DNA from: an uncultured Cytophagales bacterium
GTDB taxonomy: Bacteria; Bacteroidota; Bacteroidia; Cytophagales; Cyclobacteriaceae
DNA length: 64,000 nucleotides
NCBI GenBank assembly: GCA_963845845.1
Contig: CAWJTP010000028.1
Location: forward strand, 15,643-79,642
Direction: 5' to 3'
Below are positions 22,338-33,190 of this stretch, one piece after another. The notes under the pieces were generated by a model that was not told the origin of the DNA, did not search any database, and was given only the letters and a program-made list of their open reading frames with translations. The first letter of the stretch is position 1, and the number at the start of each line of letters is the position of its first letter. Both the position numbers and the translations under genes were made by a program.

Positions 22338-24404
22338 ATGGATCCAAAATATGCAATAGCGGATATTGAAACCGCACTACTAAAAAAGAATTTCCCGACG
22401 GTAGTTCTTTGGAGCAGGGCGGAGGGCCGGCCGCGAACACATGATTTCGATCGTGCGCTAAAGGCGGAGGTTCGTGATGCTTTATGGATGCTTACGAAAC
22501 AATGGCAGATGGGAGAATTCAAAGGTGACGATGCGGGCTCTCCTGTATTGGCAAAAGCTCACGTATCAACCACTGCGCTGACTAAGTACCAGGCAAACGG
22601 TCATCCTGTACAACCCTTTCGCCAAGACATGCCACTTGAAACAACTGCTGAACAACGGGAGATCGTTTTTGAACGTGATGGAAGGCCCATCAGTATGGAT
22701 ATACGACTGTTAATGGGCAAGAGATGGCTGCGGCTTGCCTCAGCAATACCTGATCTTTCTTCCCAATATATAAGACTTTATCGATTTGAACTTCCGGCCA
22801 AAAACAGATCTTCCAGTGACGTATATGCGCACACCGGGGACTGGCAACAATTGGCAGCGGTAAGCGGACGTTGCATGGATGGCCATCAGCTGTATGCTTA
22901 TCTCCGGTCGGACCCTTTACACAAGGCATCGGATGGGCTGGAGCCCGCACTTACAGGAACAAATAAAACAACTATTGATAACGCCGGGGACGAATTTAAG
23001 TTATGGGCCGCTTCCTTTTACACTCAGCCAACGGACCCGGCAAACGATGCCTGGCAGCCAAATCAATTCGAGTACCGGTTTGCTTGTTCTGCACCTGCCG
23101 GCGAAGGCGAAAAAGTATTTACAGCGGAAGAATACTACAGCGGGCATCCTGATTGGTATACTTTCAATGCAGGGTCGGGCGCACTGGATGATTTGGAAAC
23201 CCCTGAAGCAACGGATATCAGAAGGACATTTACGAATAGCTTTATTCCGGCAACTGTTCAGTTCGCAGGAATGCCTAACCGAAGATGGTGGACCTTTGAA
23301 GACAGCAAGACGGGCTTCGGAAATATTAAACCTTCAGTTACCGACATTGCTAAATTAATGCTGATCGAATTTGCCCTCGTGTATGGAAATGACTGGTTCA
23401 TGGTGCCGTTCACGCTTCCAACGGGTAGCATAGCCGTTGTGGAAGGGCTCTCGGTCACAAATAATTTCGGGGAGCGGTTTTGGATAGAAGTCGCAGGCAC
23501 TAACACAGGCAGCAGCATTACGGACTGGAGCATGTTCAGATTGGAGGGCAGTGATCGCAATATGGGTCTGCTGCTGGCGCCCACCGCCGTAAAAGTCCAG
23601 GAAGGAAACCCTTTGGAGGAGGTGTGCCTGATCCGGGATGAAATGGCCAATATGGTCTGGGGAATTGAATCATCGGTACCATCCGTTTCCGGTCCGGGAA
23701 AAAGTGGAAAGGAATCTGGGCAGGAACGATCAAACTATCATAGAACATTAGTAACAGAGAAACTGCGGATCACGCGTGAAGCCAGTTTGCTTTTGCAGGA
23801 TATCAATGCACTACCCGGTCCGTTACCTGTTCCCCTGGCTGAAGCGAAGACCGCGATTGAAAATATTTTAGTCCTGCTGGGAGCCGACGATCCGGAACTG
23901 GATGAATCAAAGAACCTGCTGGCAAGCGCAAAAACAAAAATGGCAGCAGCGGGAATGAACACATCCTACGATATTGAACCCAATCCTGCGGATGTTCCCT
24001 TTGCAGCCAATATCAGTTACCTCGCTATGACTTCTGTTCCTGAACATTGGATTCCCTTTGTGCCGGTGCATATAAAAGAAGACGATAACAGGGAAATTCA
24101 ATTGCAGCGTGCATCACTCCTTCGAGTTATCGAGGGCGATACGCGGAGACCTGAAAAGATCAAACCATTTACATCTGCGCTTCGAGTGGGTCTTGAATCA
24201 TTGCCAAGGCAAGCTTATTATATTCCAGAGGAAGAGGTGCCGCGTGCAGGTATACAAGTGGCAAAGGCATTTCAGCGTTCCAGGTGGGTAAACGGAGAAG
24301 TATGTGTTTGGCTGGGCAACCAGAAGAAGACAGGGAGAGGAGAAGGTAGCAGCGGCCTGGCGTTCGATCAGATCACGGATACAGATTTTACCGCGCAATC
24401 ATAA
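22338..24404 (+). CDS. Hypothetical protein (688 aa); gene 3 of the giant operon
   Basis: Intact ORF 5 bp after gene 2; blocks QWQMGEFKGDDAGSP, GMPNRRWWTFED, EFALVYGNDWF, RDEMANMVWGIE, GRGEGSSGLAFD. Confidence 0.9.
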   Translation: MDPKYAIADIETALLKKNFPTVVLWSRAEGRPRTHDFDRALKAEVRDALWMLTKQWQMGEFKGDDAGSPVLAKAHVSTTALTKYQANGHPVQPFRQDMPLETTAEQREIVFERDGRPISMDIRLLMGKRWLRLASAIPDLSSQYIRLYRFELPAKNRSSSDVYAHTGDWQQLAAVSGRCMDGHQLYAYLRSDPLHKASDGLEPALTGTNKTTIDNAGDEFKLWAASFYTQPTDPANDAWQPNQFEYRFACSAPAGEGEKVFTAEEYYSGHPDWYTFNAGSGALDDLETPEATDIRRTFTNSFIPATVQFAGMPNRRWWTFEDSKTGFGNIKPSVTDIAKLMLIEFALVYGNDWFMVPFTLPTGSIAVVEGLSVTNNFGERFWIEVAGTNTGSSITDWSMFRLEGSDRNMGLLLAPTAVKVQEGNPLEEVCLIRDEMANMVWGIESSVPSVSGPGKSGKESGQERSNYHRTLVTEKLRITREASLLLQDINALPGPLPVPLAEAKTAIENILVLLGADDPELDESKNLLASAKTKMAAAGMNTSYDIEPNPADVPFAANISYLAMTSVPEHWIPFVPVHIKEDDNREIQLQRASLLRVIEGDTRRPEKIKPFTSALRVGLESLPRQAYYIPEEEVPRAGIQVAKAFQRSRWVNGEVCVWLGNQKKTGRGEGSSGLAFDQITDTDFTAQS

Positions 24405-24414
24405 ATAACCAATT

Positions 24415-26988
24415 ATGGCATGGAAGTCACTTTCGGAAAGACTGGTGGATTTGCCACTACTCATCAGTGGTCCGATCATCCGGCGCGCAGAAAAAGATAA
24501 TGTATCGGTTTGGTTCGTATTAAAGGAAAACAAACCTGTGACACTTAAGATTTACCCGGATGATGTGTCGGACATGCCGGTGATGGTGGGAAATTCAGTT
24601 AGCGGTATTGTGTTGGGCACTCATGTTTTCGCTTATTGTGTAACGGCAGCGGGAGGCATTCTGGAGACCGGGCGAAATTATTTTTATGATATTGAATTTG
24701 GCAATGGACAAAGCTTAACGTCACTTAATGATGGTTCGGACGAGGACAAACGCTTTACTTATGGGATGGAGTTTCGCCCAAGTTTTGCCCTGCCACCTGA
24801 TGATATCAATAAAGTAAGGCTGGTGCATGGTTCCTGCCGAAAGCCACATGGTCAGGGCGAAGATGCACTTCAAGCCCTGGATACGATGATCAGTGAAGCT
24901 GTTTTTGATGGCGGTTTTGTCATCGCAGAAAAACGGCCGCATCAATTGATCCTTACCGGTGATCAGATCTATGCCGATGATGTTGCGGATCTTTTGTCCT
25001 TTATGATCCTCGATGCCGGAGAAGTATTGTTTACCTGGGATGAAGATTTTTCTTCCGGTCCGGATATAAAACTATTTTTTACGGATGCGGAATTGAAGCC
25101 TGGCAAAAGAAATCTTAACAATAAGCTGGAAACTGCGACTGGATTTACTGCCATGCTAAAAGATTCACCGGGAAGCTCGAAGAGTCATTTACTTAAATTC
25201 AGGGACTATGCCGCCATGTATCTCTTTGTCTTGTCGGATGTTCTTTGGCCGCAAAGGGCTGACTTGCCTGACTTCAGTACTGTATTTCCAGATGAAAGCA
25301 TGGAGAAGGTGGTTGATCTAGGAAATATTACTTCTCAAAGCATTGATAGCGCTCATGTCAACGGTGGTAAACTTAAAATCCCCGGTGAATTATTTGTCAG
25401 GTTTCAGGAGGAGTTATCCCATATTATCCGTTTCAAGAGCAAACTCAGAAAGATTCGGCGTTCACTTGCCAACACACCGGTTTACATGATCTTCGACGAT
25501 CACGATGTAACAGACGATTGGAACCTGAACTGGCGATGGTGCCGCAGAGTCTATTCAAAAAAGCTGGGAAAAAGTGTTGTACGTAACGGTCTTCTTTCTT
25601 ATGCCATCTTCCAGGCATGGGGAAATGATCCCGGCCAGTTTGAAGGCCTCACGCCTGGAGGGCAGCTGAAAAACCTTATTGACGGCTGGGAAGGTAATGA
25701 AGGACGACTTGCCGAAATAGATCAGTTGCTAAACATTAATGATATTGCTACGGATGCGGCGCCCCGTGATTTTGTTCACGCAAATAATACGGTCAGTTGG
25801 CACTTTACCTATGTAGCAGCCAGCTTCTCAATTATTTCTTTGGATACGCGTACATGGAGAAACTATCCAGTGGGAGATCCGGAAGATTTTGCGGGTTTGA
25901 TCTGCAATGCCGGCTTTGATGTGCAGATCAGGGACTTGCCTGATAAAGCGGTTATTCTCGTTATAGCTCCCTCTCCTGTGATCGGTGTGCCGTTTATTGA
26001 AGAGGCCCAGCAATCATGCATGTGTTCACGCTGTTGTGAAAAAAGATTTGAAAGGGATACCGAGGCCTGGCCATTTAACCTCCAAAGTTTTGAAAGGCTC
26101 TTCTCAATGCTTTCATCCAGACTGCCTGTCACGGGTGCCGGATCGGAAAGAGCGCGCAAAGGAGTTTTTACGATCTTATCGGGAGACGTTCACTTTGGAT
26201 TGTCTGCCCGGTATCAACTCTGGGGAAACAGATTCATTAACGATTCCGAAGATGGTGTGGAGACGATCGCTGTATTTGGACAGTTGGTATCCAGTGCTGC
26301 GAAGAACTATCTTGCCTATTCCTGTTGCGCATTGACGACAACAGAATTTCTGCATCTCAATGGCTATCCGCATTCAATTCCTGGAATATTTTTTCATTTC
26401 GTGCCGGTGATTGGACAATTGAATGATGATGCATTGCCAAACTCAATCCAAAAATATATTTTTCAACATCGTCCTACGGAAGACCGTATTGTGGGTAGGC
26501 GTACCGTTGGTGAAGAAGAGCTTAATTTTTCTGTCAAAGCAGGAGAGGGTGTCGAGGCTTTTACAAAAGAAAAACTGACAGACAAAGGCATTACGTTAAC
26601 GGAGACGTCGGATTGGCGGGCCTACATTAACTGGATACTGGCTGAAAAAGCAGACACCGATTCGTCGGTTACCCCCACCCACGTAGAAGAGGAGCCAACT
26701 GATGAAGTGCTTCAACAGTATCTGGCATTGGCGAGAGATCACGGATCAAATTATATCGGCAAATGGGGAGACGGCAAAGAGATTGTCGGCGTAAACAATA
26801 TCGGCGAGATCAGATTCGAGTTCGGCGAAAAAAAACAGGTGAATCACATTCTGTGGTGGCGTTTGCCAGCAACCGACGAAGACGATAGTCTGGAACCCTT
26901 TCCGCTTTCGACCTACAAAATACCACTGAATTATAGCGGTGATAAAGATTTTTATGGTGACGATATTGAAGTTTCTATTCCTGATTAA
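24415..26988 (+). CDS. PhoD-like metallophosphoesterase without signal peptide; gene 4 of the giant operon
   Basis: PhoD motifs HGSCRKPH, LTGDQIYADD, YMIFDDHDVTDDW, LDTRT, ILSGDVH. Confidence 0.85.
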   Translation: MAWKSLSERLVDLPLLISGPIIRRAEKDNVSVWFVLKENKPVTLKIYPDDVSDMPVMVGNSVSGIVLGTHVFAYCVTAAGGILETGRNYFYDIEFGNGQSLTSLNDGSDEDKRFTYGMEFRPSFALPPDDINKVRLVHGSCRKPHGQGEDALQALDTMISEAVFDGGFVIAEKRPHQLILTGDQIYADDVADLLSFMILDAGEVLFTWDEDFSSGPDIKLFFTDAELKPGKRNLNNKLETATGFTAMLKDSPGSSKSHLLKFRDYAAMYLFVLSDVLWPQRADLPDFSTVFPDESMEKVVDLGNITSQSIDSAHVNGGKLKIPGELFVRFQEELSHIIRFKSKLRKIRRSLANTPVYMIFDDHDVTDDWNLNWRWCRRVYSKKLGKSVVRNGLLSYAIFQAWGNDPGQFEGLTPGGQLKNLIDGWEGNEGRLAEIDQLLNINDIATDAAPRDFVHANNTVSWHFTYVAASFSIISLDTRTWRNYPVGDPEDFAGLICNAGFDVQIRDLPDKAVILVIAPSPVIGVPFIEEAQQSCMCSRCCEKRFERDTEAWPFNLQSFERLFSMLSSRLPVTGAGSERARKGVFTILSGDVHFGLSARYQLWGNRFINDSEDGVETIAVFGQLVSSAAKNYLAYSCCALTTTEFLHLNGYPHSIPGIFFHFVPVIGQLNDDALPNSIQKYIFQHRPTEDRIVGRRTVGEEELNFSVKAGEGVEAFTKEKLTDKGITLTETSDWRAYINWILAEKADTDSSVTPTHVEEEPTDEVLQQYLALARDHGSNYIGKWGDGKEIVGVNNIGEIRFEFGEKKQVNHILWWRLPATDEDDSLEPFPLSTYKIPLNYSGDKDFYGDDIEVSIPD

Positions 26989-26999
26989 CGCGTTAAGCG

Positions 27000-29900
27000 A
27001 TGGCGAAAAGCTTACAAAATAGTTTGGTTTCTGAACTCACGGAGCTTGCAAGCCCATTATTGATAGCCGCTCATAATGAACAGGCGTTGAAAGAACTGTT
27101 TGGCTACATGGGCTGGAATTTTGATGAGGAAACAGGAATGTTAACCGGTCAGCTGGCCGACACATTGAACCAGGTCGCGTTAACCATTGAATCTGTAAGA
27201 GGCCTGATGGAATCAGAAGGGACAGACTCACTCCTGCAATTGGGCGCGTTATTAAATGCCTTGAAAGATTTATTTGAAATGATAAATGAACTGCCCCTTT
27301 CTTTCGAGGGCGCAGAATTAGCCGCGGAAGAAATCACCGAAATAGTCACCGACCTTCAGCATTTTCTCGTCGTTCATTACCTGGATCAAAAATCCAGTTT
27401 TACAGCAGAACTATTTCGGATGGTTTGAGATAATTGACGTAAAGAAAAGTGACGTATCGAGAATAAATTCATCCGGTAAGATCATCCGGTTACCCTTCCT
27501 CTTCGAAGTAATCAACTTCGAACGATTCCGAAAATTTATAGCCAATCCCCATACGGCATTCAAAGATATTTACTTTACACCGTTCGATCGGACTACTATC
27601 GCGGGAGCAAAGGCGTTTACAGATAAGTTGTTTCCCCGGATCGGACGGTTGGCCGCGTCTTTCGGCGCTGCTTATGTTTATGGTATCAAACCGGGCTATG
27701 GGATAAGTTTTGGTGACATAGGAAATGAGATGATCGCCGGCGCACTCACTTTGAAATGGCAGTCAAGGCTCGACCAGTTTTCATTTGGATCGACAATTAT
27801 GTATTCCCCGAGGGAAAGGGGTAACCTTGGCTGGATCATTATTCCATTTGGGGATCTGAATATGGATGCAAGCAATGGCCGGACATTTTTCCTGGCCCGT
27901 GCAAACACCCAGGTCGGCGGCATTATTATCAGTGATGAACGTGATGTCTCGTTTGACTCCTCTGACGGGCGCGCGAGAGTCGACGCGAATTTCACGGCTT
28001 TCATTCTCCCACGAGATGAAGAACCGGGTAAATTCATCGGCGAACAGGAAGGCAGCCGATTTGTACCCGGTCAATTAAGCGTTTCCGTTTCCTTTATTGT
28101 CGAAGAAAAAGGAATTGAATTCGATATCAACGCCGGAATCAGGAATGCTAAACTCATAATTAGCTCTGCAGGCCGGGATGGATTTATCGCAAGCATATTA
28201 CCCGATAAACCCATTGAGATCCCATTCAACTTCCAGATCGGGTATTCAACACAACAATCACTATACATTGCGGCAGGGGGTGGATTGGAATTGTCGTTGC
28301 CTGTTCATATCACTGTATTAAACATTCTTGAAATCCAGGAAGTTTTTCTAAAAATTAAAACAACCGCAGCCGGTCTCGCTACGGAAGGGTCTATTTCCGG
28401 AAATGTAAAACTGGGACCCCTGGCCATTTCTTTCGAGCAAATCGGATTGCGTGCTAATCTTGATTGGGAAACAGCGAATAAGAATATCGGGTTTGCTGAT
28501 CTGTCCATGAATCTTAAGCATCCTGACGGCGTAGGTCTTTCTATAAATGCGGGTACCGTTTCCGGCGGCGGGTTTCTCCGATATGATGCGGGTGCGGAGG
28601 AATATTCCGGTGCGCTGGAGTTAACGATCGCTGACCTTGTCAGTGCCAAAGCAATAGGAATCATCACTACGAAGATGCCGGATGGAAACAGTGGATTTTC
28701 GTTGCTGATTATTATCACTGCTGAATTCAATCCACCTTATCAACTTGGTTACGGTTTTACGTTGAAGGGCGTGGGAGGTCTGCTTGGATTAAACAGAACA
28801 GTTTTGGTAGACACTTTACGCGAAGGAGTCAGGACGGGCTCTGTAAACAGCATCCTATTTCCGCAAAATGTAATTGCCAATGCGCCCCGGATCATCAGTG
28901 ATATGAAAACCGTCTTTCCGCCGCAAGATGGCCGGTTTCTGATTGGGCCAATGGCGAAACTTGGTTGGGGTTCTCCAACACTGATAACAATTTCATTCGG
29001 ATTAATTATTGAGATCCCAGGCAATATTGTCATTCTCGGAGTCTTGCGGATCGTGTTGCCGGATCAGCAAAAGGTGCTTGTTTCAATCAACGTGAATTTT
29101 TCCGGCGTACTTGATTTCAACAAGAAACTTCTCAGTTTCGATGCCAGTCTGTTTGATTCGAGATTGCTAAGCATGACCCTGGAAGGGAATATGGCTGTTC
29201 GTCTGAAATGGGGAGATCAACCAGACTTCCTTCTAACAGTTGGTGGGTTTCATCCGGATTTCACGCCGCCGCCTCTTGCATTACCTTCATTGCGACGAAT
29301 AACAATCAGTGTTCTTAATAGTGACAATGCCAGGCTGCGATTCGAATCATATCATGCGATTACATCAAATACCGTACAGTTTGGGAGCCGGGCCGAACTC
29401 TATTTTAAGTTTAGCGGCTTCTCTGTTGAAGGGCATATAGGATTCGACGCGCTCTTCCAGTTCTCGCCTTTTGTATTTATGATTGACATCGATGGCCACG
29501 TTTCTTTCAAAGCATTTGGCGTCGGTATCTTCGGTATCAGGTTGCAATTTGTCCTTCAGGGGCCTACACCCTGGCGCGCGAAAGGCAGAGGCGGTATTTC
29601 ATTCTTCTTTTTTAGCCTATCCGCCGATTTTGATAAAACATGGGGTGAAACACGAGATACCAGTCTGCCTGATATTGACTTGTTGCCGCTCTTAATTGCA
29701 GAGTTGAACAAGCCTGAGCAATGGCAGGCGTCGCTGAGTTTCGGAAAAAAATTATACGTGTCTCTCCGCGAACTCGCTGCCACCGAAACGGCATTACTGA
29801 TGCACCCAGCCGGCGATTTGATTGTTCGCCAAAAACTGGTGCCCCTGGACATCGACATTGACAAACTAGGTAACCAGAAGCTTAGCGATATAAAAAATGT

Positions 29901-30435
29901 GGGAATCACCGCCGCGGAGAGTGAAGGAACAGATCTGAGTATAAGGCCAGTGACCGGTCCATTCGCTTTGGCACAGTATAAAGTATTGAGTGATGCCGAT
30001 AAATTGTCACGGCCTTCTTTCGAAAAACTGCATGATGGCGTCAGAATCAGCGCCGAAGGACAGAGCATAGCCATAGGGAAAATGACCCGACGAGTTGTTT
30101 CCTACGAAGAAATTATTGTAGACAGGGATCTCCCGCAACCAAAAAGAAGAACCAGGCCGTTCCTCTTTGAACATTTTTTTGCGGCAAACGCTGCAGCCAA
30201 ATCTGTCCTTTCCAGGAAAGAAGAAAGAAAACGGCAACCATTTGTTGATATGATTGCCGTAGCAGAGAGCAATTTCACCGTAGCGTTTGTTGACAATAAT
30301 AATGCTTTCAACTCAGGCCAAATATTTCCTAGTGAAGCAATGGCGATTAATCATATGAATAAAATTATTCGGGACAATCCTGGATTTAAGGAAAAGCTAC
30401 ACGTTGTTGGTGAGGAGGAAATTAATTCTAATTGA
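27000..30435 (+). CDS. DUF6603-like large beta-rich protein (~1140 aa; one extra base near 27422); gene 5 of the giant operon
   Basis: ORF 27000-27428 continues in the +1 frame without a stop from 27424 into ORF 27628-30435; motifs GVGLSINAGTVSGGGFL, QLGYGFTLKGVGGLLGLNR, VGGFHP, NTVQFGS, GFDALFQFSPF, GPTPWRAKG recognised as DUF6603-type. Confidence 0.75.
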
Positions 30436-30489
30436 GCTAATGATAGACAATTTTGAAATGCTTCGGCATGAGCAATTAAAAAACAAGAT

Positions 30490-30503
30490 GAGGAGGAGGG
30501 ATT
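30490..30503 (-). repeat. Second, degenerate copy of the tRNA-Ser 3' end (att remnant)
   Basis: gaggaggagggatt is identical to 40507-40520. Confidence 0.5.
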
Positions 30504-30628
30504 ACAGAAACTGTGATCCCTTGAATGGGGGGAGCTTCAATAAAACAACACCAAGGTTCGCTACGCTCTTTTTTGTTGTTGCCCTGTCCTCGTGCAAACG
30601 AGGCGTTTGACTCGGCCATGTCACCAAC

Positions 30629-30654
30629 AAAAAAAGCCACGCTTTCGCGTGGCT
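30629..30654 (-). terminator. Intrinsic terminator next to the distal att site
   Basis: agccacgc-tttc-gcgtggct hairpin with an A-run on the + strand (U-tract on the - strand), about 20 bp from the tRNA 3' duplicate. Confidence 0.7.
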
Positions 30655-30869
30655 CCTGGTATTGTTTTACTGTGCAGAGGAGGAGGGAGTGATTAGTAAA
30701 TTCTAACTTCTTCTCCTTCAAATATTTTCTTCGTATCAGTTTGCACCGGTGTGACTAATGACACCTTACAAAGTCTTACAAAAGTTCTGATTCCTTATGG
30801 GACAAAGATAGTATCTTAAATGTTATAAATTCAATGACCAATTGAATCAAATTCCATCACTAGCTACTC

Positions 30870-31900
30870 ATGAAAAAATCTCAATTCAAGCTTGCATTCC
30901 GACAATCGGTAGCAGCAATTTTTTCTGTAATCTCGAAGAGCCAGCTCAGCGCATCTCTTTTTATCTTTTTCTGTGCAACATTTGTCGTGGCCGTAATTGC
31001 CATCAATTATGACGCTTAGGTAGGATTCACATGGGTGCCGGATCTAGGGTTATATAATAGTCCGGATTTTTGGCAGAACGTAATTGTAGAGGCTCATGGG
31101 ATGTTGTTGGATATTTTCGTGATAGGTATTCTACTTCTATGGTTGGATAGCATCGGCAAAAAGAAACAAGAGATCAAAAGATATCTGGAAGTAATAGAAG
31201 ATTATCGCTACTGGAAATCGGAGGAAGCGTCTTTAATAATTACCGCAAATATTAAGAGGCTTTTCGCTCACGGTATCACAAAATTAACTTGCATAATTGT
31301 TATTTAAAGGGCCGAAAACTAAAAAATGTTGACCTTTCTGGTTCGATCCTAACAGGAATTGACCTCGGAGAAGCGGATCTTCGGCAGTCTAAATTGCAAA
31401 ATGTGAAGTTGGAAGGATCTTATCTGAGTGACGCTAAATTTCAGGCGACTGATCTTTCTAATGGCACTGAACTAATTAGATGTCGATGTTCCCGAACAGG
31501 ATTTCGTGGAGCTAAATTCAATAACATCAACATGTCCCGTTCAACGTTTGACATAGCAGATTTAGAATCAGTCGAGGCGAGGAATTCAAATATGACTGAA
31601 GTCGTTTTTTTTCGATCTAATTTGAAAGGGGTAGATTTTAGAGGAGCTGATTTAACGGATGTCGATTTCGAGGGCTCAATTTTGCAATCAGCCGATTTGC
31701 GGGAAACAAAAAATCTAAATGTTAAAAACCTGCTTGAAGCGTCTACCTTATGGAAGACAAAGCTAGATGATGAGATTAAAGCACAAGTCTTGAAGATCAA
31801 TCCAGCATTGCTTAATGATAGACTTAGTAACTCTAAAACAATCTACAGCGAATTTTTAAAAGAGTATAAACGTGAAAAGAAGGCAGGGAAGACAAAGTAA
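30870..31900 (+). CDS. Membrane-anchored pentapeptide-repeat protein (in-frame TAG at 31017 and frameshift near 31290)
   Basis: ATG 30870 is in frame with ORF 31035; TM segment VEAHGMLLDIFVIGILLLW; A(D/N)LXX-type repeats in ORF 31289-31900. Confidence 0.7.
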
Positions 31901-31914
31901 TATGAGCATCTCAC

Positions 31915-32454
31915 TTAGTATTGAGTCTTTTCAGCTTTGAAATCTCTTTTCAAATAGTCGCTTAAATTGTCGTACGGAAGTTTACTTTGCTTGGATAGTA
32001 TCGCTTTGATAGACTCGTCACATTCTTTCAAAGACATAAGGCCTTTTTTATAGGCGATGGCAAGAATGTCCATCGTTGTTAAATAAGCAATTCCATACTG
32101 TTCGCAGTATGGCTTTATGTCTCTTAGGTTGCTACTAGCTAGAATATTATTTTGATATCGACAGACAGCCATGCAAGCGCTTTCTCCTTTACCTTTTGTT
32201 TTACTGAGCAGCGCATATTCTTTTAAAATGTCTTCGTCTTTTGAAGGAAAACTGTATTCCTCGATCACTTTAAAGCGTAAGAAATTTTCTACATGAGGAG
32301 CTATTGTCTTGTTCCTCATAAGTTCTTCAAGTACGAAATCAAGGACAAGGAGCCGTCCTTTGTATAGTTGTTGCAATACACTTAGACGATCCGCTTTATA
32401 AAAATGGATAATTACATCAGCATCTAGAAGAATGTAAACAGTCTTAGAATCCAT
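31915..32454 (-). CDS. PIN-domain ribonuclease-like protein
   Basis: ILLDADVIIHF, VLEEL, GKGESACMAV, ILASSNLRD acidic-residue pattern of PIN/VapC-like folds. Confidence 0.75.
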   Translation of the reverse strand: MDSKTVYILLDADVIIHFYKADRLSVLQQLYKGRLLVLDFVLEELMRNKTIAPHVENFLRFKVIEEYSFPSKDEDILKEYALLSKTKGKGESACMAVCRYQNNILASSNLRDIKPYCEQYGIAYLTTMDILAIAYKKGLMSLKECDESIKAILSKQSKLPYDNLSDYLKRDFKAEKTQY

Positions 32455-33190
32455 TTTCAGATTCTTCCTCTAATGGATTCACCCCGATTGCATCCATCAA
32501 TTCATAATAGTGTGATTCGGAAATTTCGCCAGAGGAAAAGAGTTGCTGTGCCAACACTCCATAATCTCCTATAACTGACTGTGCCGCTGCTTTCTTATAA
32601 AGAGCAACAGGGTAGCCATAGTAGACGGCACTTTTTATTACGTCATTGGAGTATCTATCATAAATCGCTGAATTAATGACACCAAGCGACTTAAGTCTAT
32701 ATAGAAGAGCGCTCCTCGACACACTATAAAATTGCTCGATTTTAAGAATCGTCTGAATTGAAATCTCAGCATTACGTGCTAATTCTTCCGTTGGAATCAT
32801 CTTCTTTATGCCTTCCGAGGGAAGAAGGAAAAAAGCTGCAAACAAATCAGCCTTATATTCTTCGATGTCCTTTGTATCAAAGCTTCCAGTTTTACATTGT
32901 TGAGAGGTAAAATTATCCTGGATACATAAGTGATACAGTTCATGGGCAATCGTGAAATGTTGCTTCCCTTGACTTTGCTCTGTATTCACCATCATAAATA
33001 GATTGCTACCAATCTTAAGAGCCATCCCCGAAAAATCATTACTCAAGGGGCGAAAAACTGAAAGCACATTCTTCTGTAACAAAAGGCTTTTCAAATGGAC
33101 CGGCTCGGTTGAACTAAATCCATTTTGTTGCCTAAAGTCGATGGCTTTCTTCTCTATCTCCGATTCAATTGCTTTTCTTCCTGCCATCAT
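32444..33190 (-). CDS. ImmA/IrrE family Zn metallopeptidase
   Basis: FTIAHELYH (HExxH), EYKADLFAAFFLLP, YSVSRSALLYRL. Confidence 0.92.
   Translation of the reverse strand: MMAGRKAIESEIEKKAIDFRQQNGFSSTEPVHLKSLLLQKNVLSVFRPLSNDFSGMALKIGSNLFMMVNTEQSQGKQHFTIAHELYHLCIQDNFTSQQCKTGSFDTKDIEEYKADLFAAFFLLPSEGIKKMIPTEELARNAEISIQTILKIEQFYSVSRSALLYRLKSLGVINSAIYDRYSNDVIKSAVYYGYPVALYKKAAAQSVIGDYGVLAQQLFSSGEISESHYYELMDAIGVNPLEEESENGF

Noticed and set aside
13466-30435. Prophage, contractile injection system or Tc toxin assignment for the giant operon
   Set aside because: I recognise no sheath, tube, baseplate, VgrG, RHS/YD or SpvB motifs; left unassigned pending structure searches
31017-31019. Amber readthrough or recoding in the pentapeptide gene
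   Set aside because: Single instance in a gene that also has a frameshift; TAG is used as a normal stop elsewhere in the window
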